The notes under the pieces: generated by a model
Seen by the model: the letters and a program-made list of their open reading frames with translations, nothing else
Databases searched by the model: none
Told to the model about the DNA's origin: nothing
Position numbers and translations under genes: made by a program
Source: Myxococcota bacterium
GTDB taxonomy: Bacteria; Myxococcota_A; Polyangia; Nannocystales; Nannocystaceae
NCBI GenBank assembly: GCA_039194325.1
Contig: JBCCWC010000035.1
Span: 1 to 32,000, forward strand
DNA: 32,000 nucleotides
Direction of reading: 5' to 3'
In this document: piece by piece, positions 24,175-31,408 of the stretch
Layout of the letters: each line of letters opens with the position of its first letter
Position numbering within the stretch: the first letter of the stretch is position 1

Positions 24175-26868
24175 TCAGCCCGAGGCGACCTCCCCCAACG
24201 CCGCCTCGAGCGCCCCCCGCTGCGTGGCCGACTTGGGCGCCACCAGAAGGTCGAGCGAGCAGGGATCGGCGTCATCGGGGCACGCCACCGAACGCAGACC
24301 ACTGCAGGCGCCGTCGACCAGCGACGACTGACCGTCGGGCAACGCCTCGCGCAAGCCAAGCAGCGTCTGCGCATCGGACGGCGCCCGGGTGACCAACCAG
24401 CGCAGATACACGAGGGTCAGCGCGAGCGGAAGCTCCTCGGGAGGCACCGGATCGGCAAACAATTCGCGACGAAGCTCGGCAACGAGCAGCGCGCGCGACG
24501 ATGGATGGAGAGGCTCGTGAAGCAACGCCTCGGCCCAGGCCAGTAGATAGCGCCGACTGACCGGCTCGAGCTGGTAGGCGCGATAGAAGTCGGCCGCCGC
24601 GCGATCGTAGCGCTGCCGGTCCCGGTAGATCACGGCCCGGCGCGCCAACGCGTCGGCCCCCCCCACGCACCCCGCCGGATCGAACGACGCGAGCCGAGCG
24701 AGCAACGCCCGCTCCGATCCGCTCCCCGAGTCCAGGTGAGGCACCAACGGGATCGCGTTGACCAGCGCGCATGCGTCCGCTGGGCGGTAGTCCTCGAGCG
24801 CCGCGAGGACCAACGACGCCGCCTCGGCGGGCCGCTGCCCGGCGATACACTCCGCCAGCGACAGCCGACCCAAGACGGCGAGGATCGGAACGGACTCATC
24901 GCCAAGGCGGCGGAGGACCGGCTCGATGCGCCCACAAATCGCCGGGTGCTCCAGCTCTCGACTGGCCACCAGATACCGCGCCACGTCGCACAGTCGCCGG
25001 TCCTCGGCGACCTCGTCTCGAGCGCCCTCGCATCGGGCCAACCGACGCAGCGCAGCGATCGGCTCGAGGGTGACGTCCCGCGCATGCAGGCGACGCAAGA
25101 GCGCCGCGATCGTGGCCCAGCGATACCCCACGTGCTCGACGTCGAGCACGGGCACGTCGAACCGGTCGTGCTCCGCGGCCCGGGGAAGCACCACCAGCAA
25201 GGGAGCCAGCGACTCGAAGCGTTCCAGATCGCTCAGCTCGAGCGTCGGCAGAAGCTCGAACAAGGGCAGCGATGCCAACGACGACTCGGGCACGATCTGG
25301 GCCCGCGCCTGGTCACCCACATGGATCGCCATGCTCGCTCCGCTCCCCAGGGCCCACGGGGGATAGCGGGTGGGCCCTGCGTTCCACCGTGAGACCCGAC
25401 GGCAACGAACCCGGGGCTCGGCGACCTCGCGCAGGGCGGCGCAAAGCGCCTCGTAACGCGTCACCAGCTCACCGGATGCCCACATCGGAGCGGTGACGAG
25501 GATCCCCCCCGACTCGGCAAAGACGGCAGGCACGCCCCACGGCCACAGCAGCGCGAACACCAGCCCGAGTCCAAGCCCGAGTCCAAGCCCGAGTCCAAGC
25601 CTGAGTCCAGGCCTGAGTCTAGCCGCGACCGACACGGCCAGCGCGCTCGACCCCATCCACCAGGCCCGCCGCGCTCGCCCACGGCCCCGAACGCCCCCCC
25701 CCAAAAGAGCACGAGCCTCGGCTTCGGTCCCACCGCTAGCGTTCGGCTCCCGCGGGGTCGTCCCCGAACGAACGACCGATGACGAGCGCTCGGGTCGCGT
25801 CGCACGAAAGACCTCGAGCATCTGGTCCGCCGTGTTCGGACGCTGGGCTGGCTCTCGGTCGATCGCCCGCCGCACCAGCTCGCGAACCGCCGAGGGTATG
25901 TCGGGTCGATCGATCCGAGGCGGTCGCGTGGTCGCACCGATGACCTGCTGCAAGAAGCCCACGAGATCGGTGCCCTCGTCCACCGGGTAGGGCACACGCC
26001 CCGTGAGCATCTGATAGAGCACCACGCCGACCGAATAGAGGTCGGTCGACACCGAGGCATCCACACCGGGCGAGGCCAGCAGCTCCGGCGCCATATAGAG
26101 CGGCGTGCCCATGATCGCATCGCGGGCGGTCAGTCGCATCGAAGTCTTGGCCAGACCGAAGTCCAGCATCTTGACTCCCCCCCCGGCCCGGTCGGCGAGC
26201 ACGAAGATGTTGTCCGGCTTGATGTCACGATGCACGATCCCGTGCGCGTGGATCTCGGCCACCCCCCTTAGGATCTCCACCGCGAGGCGCTCGAACTGTG
26301 CGCGGGCCATCGGTCGCCCCGCCTCGAGCCGCTCCCCCAGCGCCTCCCCGTCGAGCCGCTCCATCGCAAAGAAGGGCAGCCCCTGGTGCTCCCCATAGTC
26401 GTGCACCTGCACCAGGTGATCGCCCCGCAGCTGGGCCATCACCCGGGCCTCCTGCACGAAGCGCTGGCGCAATTGCTCGTCGTCGGCGAGGTGCGGGTGC
26501 AGGAACTTCAGCGCATCGTCTCGTTCGAGCGCTCGGTGCCGAGCGGTAAAGACCAGCCCAAAGCTGCCCTTGCCGACCAGTTCCTGCAGCTCCCAAGTCC
26601 CTTTGACGATCTGACCCACCCGCGGGGCGACCAGGGAAGGCGAGTTGGAAGGCGATTTGGAAGGTGAGGCGGAACGTGACGCGGTCACAGCCGATCGCTT
26701 ATCGGTGGCGACACCGTCGTCGATCGCGGACGGCTGGCTGCCCCCCGCCACTCCGTCTCGGATCGCTCCCAAGAGTCGCTCGAGGTGCTTACCCGCGGTA
26801 TCGTCGAGCTCGCCGTGTCTACGCCTCATCGGTAAGGCGGGGATGATAGCCGACCCCCGCATGCCCAT
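24175..26868 (-). CDS. Membrane Ser/Thr protein kinase with a large helical (TPR-like?) C-terminal domain
   Basis: Kinase motifs are GKGSFGLVF, ALKFL, HRDIKPDN, DFGLAK and GTPLYMAPE. A (GL)n/TM region follows, then a roughly 480-aa Leu/Ala/Arg-rich domain. The start is uncertain among ATG 26868, 26862 and 26829. The ORF is open to 27240, but that part is not protein-like. Confidence 0.85.
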   Translation of the reverse strand: MGMRGSAIIPALPMRRRHGELDDTAGKHLERLLGAIRDGVAGGSQPSAIDDGVATDKRSAVTASRSASPSKSPSNSPSLVAPRVGQIVKGTWELQELVGKGSFGLVFTARHRALERDDALKFLHPHLADDEQLRQRFVQEARVMAQLRGDHLVQVHDYGEHQGLPFFAMERLDGEALGERLEAGRPMARAQFERLAVEILRGVAEIHAHGIVHRDIKPDNIFVLADRAGGGVKMLDFGLAKTSMRLTARDAIMGTPLYMAPELLASPGVDASVSTDLYSVGVVLYQMLTGRVPYPVDEGTDLVGFLQQVIGATTRPPRIDRPDIPSAVRELVRRAIDREPAQRPNTADQMLEVFRATRPERSSSVVRSGTTPREPNASGGTEAEARALLGGGVRGRGRARRAWWMGSSALAVSVAARLRPGLRLGLGLGLGLGLGLVFALLWPWGVPAVFAESGGILVTAPMWASGELVTRYEALCAALREVAEPRVRCRRVSRWNAGPTRYPPWALGSGASMAIHVGDQARAQIVPESSLASLPLFELLPTLELSDLERFESLAPLLVVLPRAAEHDRFDVPVLDVEHVGYRWATIAALLRRLHARDVTLEPIAALRRLARCEGARDEVAEDRRLCDVARYLVASRELEHPAICGRIEPVLRRLGDESVPILAVLGRLSLAECIAGQRPAEAASLVLAALEDYRPADACALVNAIPLVPHLDSGSGSERALLARLASFDPAGCVGGADALARRAVIYRDRQRYDRAAADFYRAYQLEPVSRRYLLAWAEALLHEPLHPSSRALLVAELRRELFADPVPPEELPLALTLVYLRWLVTRAPSDAQTLLGLREALPDGQSSLVDGACSGLRSVACPDDADPCSLDLLVAPKSATQRGALEAALGEVASG
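25564..25623. repeat. 12-bp tandem repeat cccgagtccaag x5 (3 perfect + 2 degenerate), in frame in the kinase gene (encodes LGLGLGLGLGLG on the minus strand)
   Basis: Read directly from the sequence. It lies at the predicted juxtamembrane/TM segment LRLGLGLGLGLGLGLVFALLWPW. Confidence 0.9.
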
Positions 26869-27451
26869 GGACCCGCACGAGCCGATCGAACGGCGATCTG
26901 CCGACCATCGACACAACCCGTTCGGGTCATTCACGCCACTATCGGAAGTCCGTCGCCCATCACGAGGCTCACCCCGACGATCGACCCACGGCGAATGTTC
27001 GGGAAAACGAACCAACACCGAGCCGGTGAAGACCACTCCTCGGCCAACACCGAGGCACCACCGATCGCCAAGCACCGCGGCGGTGCTCGACCACCGGATC
27101 CACATGAACCGGCCGACGCGAACCCGTCGACGCGGGCATGCCCATCGAAACGCGAACCCGTTGCGCCAACGAGCACGACGATCGGCAGGTCCGAGCTCGA
27201 CCACCCCGAACCGAATTTGCCTTCCGGCCGCGGTCGTCAAGTCGTTCGTTCATCGTCGCACTGCCCCAAAATGCCCCAAAACCTCGATTCCTGGCTGCTA
27301 CGATCAAGCTCAGGCAATCCCTCACGGCAGCGCCCGCAAGGCGATGCCCGTGGGAGGGCTACGAAATGAGCGGTTGCGGTTGCGATTCGGTCAGCGAACG
27401 GACCACCATAGGGCCTCGTGTTGGACTGCAACAACCGATAGGCCAAGGACC

Positions 27452-29578
27452 ATGACAGAGCAGAGACGGCTGACGACCACCCCTTCACTGACCATTCTAC
27501 TCGCACTCGCGCTGGGCACCGCGTGTGGCGATGATACCGCGGTCGACCCCACGACGGGCGACGAGAGCAGCACGGGGAGTACGACGTCCGATCCGACGAC
27601 GCTCCCCGATCCGACCACGCCCTCCGATCCGACCACGACGACGGATCCGACGACCGATCCCGACACCACGGGAGGCGAGTGCGGCAATGGGATGGTCGAG
27701 GGCGACGAGGATTGCGACGGCGACGACCTGGCCGGCTCGGACTGCACGACGGAGGGCTTCGAGGGCGGCACTCTGGCCTGCGGCGACGACTGCACCTTCG
27801 ATACCTCCATGTGTGAAGGAGCGCCGCGCACGTGCGGCAACGGCCAGCTCGACGAGGGCGAGGATTGTGACGGCGACGAGCTCGACGGCCAGGACTGTGA
27901 GTCCCTGGGCAAGGGCTTCGATGGCGGCGATCTAGCCTGCGGCGACGATTGCACCTTCGACACCTCGATGTGCACCATGGTCAGCTGCGGCAACGACATG
28001 ATCGAGGGCATGGAGGTCTGCGACGGCATGGAGCTGGCCGGCCAGGATTGCGCGATGCAGGGCTTCGACGGGGGGATGCTGGCCTGCGCCAAGGACTGCA
28101 CCAGCCTGGACACGTCGGGCTGCTTCAGCTGCGGCAACGACATGGCCGAGGGCCCCGAGGCCTGCGACGGCATGGACTTGGCCGGCGAAGACTGCACCAC
28201 CCAAGGCTTCATGTTCGGCACCTTGGCCTGCGACGACATGTGCCAATTCGATCCGTCGGGCTGTACCAACGATCCGGTCTTCTGCTCGGCGCCAGGCACT
28301 CCCATCGGGCCCGATGCCGGCGTGATGACGGTCGACACGGTGATGGTCCCCGTGCTCGGAGAATTCGTGGCCGACGTCAACGTGATCCTCGATGCCAACC
28401 ACACCTTCGTGGGCGATCTCGAGATCGACATCCGCCATGTCGATACCAATACCTCGCGACGAATGGCCGACAATACCTGCGGCGGGGTCGACGACATCAA
28501 CGCGACCTTCGATCAGAGCGCCATGGCCCCGCCCGATTGCATGGCTCCTATCGCGATCGAAGGCGACGTGCTGCCGCTCGAGAGCCTGGATGGCTTCACG
28601 GGCCTGCCCGACCCGACCGGCACGTGGGAGATCACCATCACCGACACCGCGGGGGGTGACGGCGGCATGCTCAACAACTGGTGCGTCAGCTTCCAGACCT
28701 CGGCGATGGATCCCAACAACTGCGGCGACGGGATCGCCACGTTCAGCGAGACTTGCGACGGCATGGACGTGAGCTCACAGACCTGCGTGTCCCAGGGCTT
28801 CGACGGCGGCATACTGGGTTGTGCCCCGGATTGTGCGAGCTTCGACACCTCGGCCTGCACCACATGCGGCGACGGCATGCTCAGCCCGCCGGAAGCATGT
28901 GACGGCATGGATCTGGGGGGGGAGACCTGCGTGTCCCAGGGCTTCGACGGCGGCATGTTGGCGTGCGATGCCGCGTGTGCATTCGATACGACCAACTGCT
29001 TTGTGTGCGGCAATGGGATCATCGAGGCCCTCGAAGACTGCGACAACCAGGAGATCACCGGCACCACCTGCGAAGATCTCGGGTTCGCGGGCGGTTCGCT
29101 GAGCTGCGATCCCGGGATGTGCAGCTTCGACACCAGCGAGTGCTCGAACACGGTGACCGCGGTCTGCGCCACCCCGGCCGCGCCCATCGACAGCGTGCTC
29201 CCGACGACCACCTCGACCGTCAACGTACCCGCGGGGCTCAACGTGCTCGACGTCGATGTCTTCGTCGACATCACCCACACCTTCAACGCGGATCTCGATA
29301 TGTTCCTCGTGCACAACCCAACCGGAACCACGGTGGAACTGACGACCGATCAATGCGGCGGAGACAATGATCTGTTCGCATTCTTCAACGATGAGGCGGC
29401 CGCGCTGCCCGACTGCATCGAGCCGGTGGGGATCGAGGGCAACGTCCAGCCCGAGGGGCTGCTGAGCGACTTCGACGGCGAAGCGGCCGCGGGCGACTGG
29501 ACGCTCGAGGTCACCGACGACGCCGCAGGGGACGTCGGCACGCTCAACGAGTGGTGCATCTACATCCTAGAGGGCTAG
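27452..29578 (+). CDS. Modular lipoprotein: Thr/Pro linker, 4 Myxococcus-type Cys-rich repeats, P-domain (proprotein-convertase type), 3 more Cys-rich repeats, second P-domain; no protease domain
   Basis: The signal/lipobox is MTEQRRLTTTPSLTILLALALGTAC. There are seven repeats of the form CGNG..E..E.CDG.DL.G..C...GF.GG.L.C...C.FDTS.C, at 27680-28264 and 28721-29143. The P-domain-like blocks are NHTFVGDLEIDIRH...GTWEITITDTAGGDGGMLNNWCVSF and THTFNADLDMFLVH...GDWTLEVTDDAAGDVGTLNEWCIYI. Confidence 0.85.
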   Translation: MTEQRRLTTTPSLTILLALALGTACGDDTAVDPTTGDESSTGSTTSDPTTLPDPTTPSDPTTTTDPTTDPDTTGGECGNGMVEGDEDCDGDDLAGSDCTTEGFEGGTLACGDDCTFDTSMCEGAPRTCGNGQLDEGEDCDGDELDGQDCESLGKGFDGGDLACGDDCTFDTSMCTMVSCGNDMIEGMEVCDGMELAGQDCAMQGFDGGMLACAKDCTSLDTSGCFSCGNDMAEGPEACDGMDLAGEDCTTQGFMFGTLACDDMCQFDPSGCTNDPVFCSAPGTPIGPDAGVMTVDTVMVPVLGEFVADVNVILDANHTFVGDLEIDIRHVDTNTSRRMADNTCGGVDDINATFDQSAMAPPDCMAPIAIEGDVLPLESLDGFTGLPDPTGTWEITITDTAGGDGGMLNNWCVSFQTSAMDPNNCGDGIATFSETCDGMDVSSQTCVSQGFDGGILGCAPDCASFDTSACTTCGDGMLSPPEACDGMDLGGETCVSQGFDGGMLACDAACAFDTTNCFVCGNGIIEALEDCDNQEITGTTCEDLGFAGGSLSCDPGMCSFDTSECSNTVTAVCATPAAPIDSVLPTTTSTVNVPAGLNVLDVDVFVDITHTFNADLDMFLVHNPTGTTVELTTDQCGGDNDLFAFFNDEAAALPDCIEPVGIEGNVQPEGLLSDFDGEAAAGDWTLEVTDDAAGDVGTLNEWCIYILEG

Positions 29579-29593
29579 ACCGGTGACGCCGGT

Positions 29594-29626
29594 CACGGCC
29601 GACCGACGCAGCATCGGTCGGCCGTG
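29594..29626 (+). terminator. Perfect 13-bp GC-rich hairpin (7-nt loop) 16 nt after the lipoprotein stop; no U-tract
   Basis: CACGGCCGACCGA-cgcagca-TCGGTCGGCCGTG was read directly. A perfect stem this long is unlikely by chance in 32 kb. Confidence 0.5.
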
Positions 29627-29705
29627 CACTGGCGATCCCGGCGCGGCCCTTGAACCTCGTTCCACGCCCCTGCTACCGTCGCGGCCCTTTTCACGGAAGG
29701 CCGCG

Positions 29706-30227
29706 ATGATCGAGTTCACCCTCCGCCACCCACTCGACTGCACTCCCGCACGCCACTGGGAGCTGTTCTTCGATCCCGAGTGGACCCGCTCCCTCATCAT
29801 CGACGGTCTGGGGTTCTCCACCTGCGAGGTCAAGCCGGTGCGACAGGACGGCACCACGCGCCACCGCGACATGACCGTCACCCCCAAGCTCGACCTGCCC
29901 GCCGCGGTGGTCAAGCTGGTCGGCAACAAGCTCGGCTACACCGAAAAAGGCCGCTACGACGAGACCACCCAGGCCTGGACCTACCAACTGACTCTCAACG
30001 TGCTCACCGACAAGATCCGCATGGGCGGTGAGGTCACCCTCGAACCGCTCGGCTCCGACCGCAGCACCCGCGTGTCGAAGATGTGGGTCGAGGCCAAGCT
30101 GTTCGGCGTGGGGGGCATGGTGGAGAAGGCAGCCGAGAAGAACATGCGCGACGGCTGGAGCCGCAGCGCGGCGTGGATCAACCGCTGGCTCGCCGACCAC
30201 CCCGAAGACCACCCGGACGGCGCCTGA
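29706..30227 (+). CDS. SRPBCC-superfamily (START/polyketide-cyclase-like, DUF2505-like) protein
   Basis: 173 aa beginning MIEFTLRHPLDCTPARHWELFFDPEW. Later blocks are LDLPAAVVKLVGNKL and VEAKLFGVGGMVEKAAEKNMRDGW, which fit the DUF2505 pattern from memory. GGAAGG lies 5 nt upstream of the ATG. Confidence 0.65.
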   Translation: MIEFTLRHPLDCTPARHWELFFDPEWTRSLIIDGLGFSTCEVKPVRQDGTTRHRDMTVTPKLDLPAAVVKLVGNKLGYTEKGRYDETTQAWTYQLTLNVLTDKIRMGGEVTLEPLGSDRSTRVSKMWVEAKLFGVGGMVEKAAEKNMRDGWSRSAAWINRWLADHPEDHPDGA

Positions 30228-30455
30228 GCCTTCCCCCTGCGCCCACCCCGAAGGCTCGGCGCCCACACCGGGCCAGGCCCCGGGCATTGCGCAACCTGCG
30301 AGATCCTCGACCGGTTTTGCGGAAATCCCGCAATCCCGCGCCCTGGGGAGGGTTTGCGGGATCACCTCCCCCGAGCGCTCGTAAATTGCCTCTAAACGCC
30401 GTCTATCTGGCATTTAGAACCATCATGCCATCCCGTTCAATCAACGTGCATGTTT

Positions 30456-30474
30456 CTGCGCAATGACTGCGCAG
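30456..30474. promoter_or_regulatory. Perfect inverted repeat CTGCGCA-n5-TGCGCAG about 50 bp upstream of the next gene (candidate operator)
   Basis: Read directly from the sequence. It lies in a locally AT-richer stretch that also contains TGGCAT-n11-ATGCCA (30408-30430) and TTGCGCAA (30287-30294). Confidence 0.3.
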
Positions 30475-30526
30475 GCTATTGCACACCCGGGCAGGATCCG
30501 CCATCTTGAAGGGGCGGAAGACGGCG

Positions 30527-31354
30527 ATGAACGGCTTGAAGACCCTACGACACAAGGCCCGGCCGTGGGCGCTCGTTCGGCAGACGATGGGCGGCCCGCA
30601 GGCCATACGGACCAAGATCCGTGATCTCGTCACGGCTGTGTCTCATTATGGCCGCGAGGATCTGGTGCGCCGCCGGCTCGAGCGGCTCGAGCGGCTCGGT
30701 CACATCGACTCGATCCCCAACCGGATCCAGCGGGTGGTGGGGGCGATCGACATGATGCGCTTCTTCATCGTGCCCGCCGCGGCCGACTATTACGAAGAGA
30801 AAGGCCTGGACTTCCACTTCCACCAGCTGCTGCGCTTCCTCGACGATCCGGCCTCGCTCATCGATCCTACCGGCTTGCATTCCACCCGCGACAACATCAT
30901 CGGCCACGTGATGCAGGTGGTGCACGCCAACCCCGAGTATGACTTCCAGCTGCTCGACACCTTCGAGGACGGCATGGAGCAGATGGAGCGTCAGGTGCGT
31001 GAGCTCCTGGCGGGGACCCACCCGCGCGCCGCTTCGATCCGGGCGATCGTCGAGGAGCCCGACTACCACGAGCGCCTGCTGGCCCACATCAAGGCTTACC
31101 GGGCCAACTCCGAGCAGACCACCCGCTTCGTTCGCCCCAACGTGGCCGCCAAGTTCCGCGCCGAGGAGCGCACCTTCGGCACCGTGCCCGCGGCCATGCG
31201 CTACTTCTCGCGCATGCCCAGCACCTTGCCCGACGCGGTCACCCACCTGATGCTGGTGCGGCGGTTCCCGATCCACCTCGCCGAGCCCGAGCCACCGCCC
31301 GCGATGGCCCCGTCCCGGGTTCACCGCGAACGGGTGGCGCACGCCTCCTCGTAG
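30527..31354 (+). CDS. Hypothetical protein, family not recognised
   Basis: The ORF has strong GC3 bias and an ordinary globular composition (…FFIVPAAADYYEEKGLDFHFHQLLRFLDDP…). The start is set at the ATG at 30527 (GGAAG upstream). TTG at 30479 is an alternative. Confidence 0.6.
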   Translation: MNGLKTLRHKARPWALVRQTMGGPQAIRTKIRDLVTAVSHYGREDLVRRRLERLERLGHIDSIPNRIQRVVGAIDMMRFFIVPAAADYYEEKGLDFHFHQLLRFLDDPASLIDPTGLHSTRDNIIGHVMQVVHANPEYDFQLLDTFEDGMEQMERQVRELLAGTHPRAASIRAIVEEPDYHERLLAHIKAYRANSEQTTRFVRPNVAAKFRAEERTFGTVPAAMRYFSRMPSTLPDAVTHLMLVRRFPIHLAEPEPPPAMAPSRVHRERVAHASS

Positions 31355-31368
31355 TTTTGGTGCGTGAG

Positions 31369-31392
31369 ATCGAGGCCGGCCTCGGCCTCGAT
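31369..31392. terminator. 10-bp perfect hairpin (4-nt loop) between convergent genes
   Basis: ATCGAGGCCG-gcct-CGGCCTCGAT was read directly. It lies between the stop at 31354 (+) and the stop at 31409 (-). There is no U-tract. Confidence 0.35.
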
Positions 31393-31408
31393 ACCTCAGC
31401 TCCAGCCC

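Noticed and set aside
25564-25623. CRISPR-like arrays, considered for every tandem repeat locus (5969, 6314, 17844, 20865, 21786, 25564).
   Set aside because: Repeat units are 5-15 bp and directly abutting, with no unique spacers. Several are in frame inside genes. No cas genes are present.
26869-27240. N-terminal extension of the second kinase up to the ORF-track start at 27240.
   Set aside because: The extra roughly 125 aa (…RWRNGFAFRWACPRRRVRVGRFMWIRW…) are Arg/Trp-rich and not protein-like, and GC3 bias is weak there. The kinase domain starts well downstream, so the ATGs at 26868/26862/26829 are more plausible starts.
30316-30332. The hairpin TTGCGG-aaatc-CCGCAA as the terminator of the SRPBCC gene.
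   Set aside because: The stem is only 6 bp, there is no U-tract, and it lies about 90 nt past the stop codon. It is kept only as part of the regulatory-region observation.
30386-30430. Sigma-70 (-35 TTGCCT at 30386) or sigma-54 (TGGCAT at 30408) promoter upstream of the 30527 gene.
   Set aside because: No acceptable -10 hexamer lies at 16-18 nt from TTGCCT. The sequence 10 nt downstream of the GG of TGGCAT is not TTGC-like, so neither consensus is satisfied.
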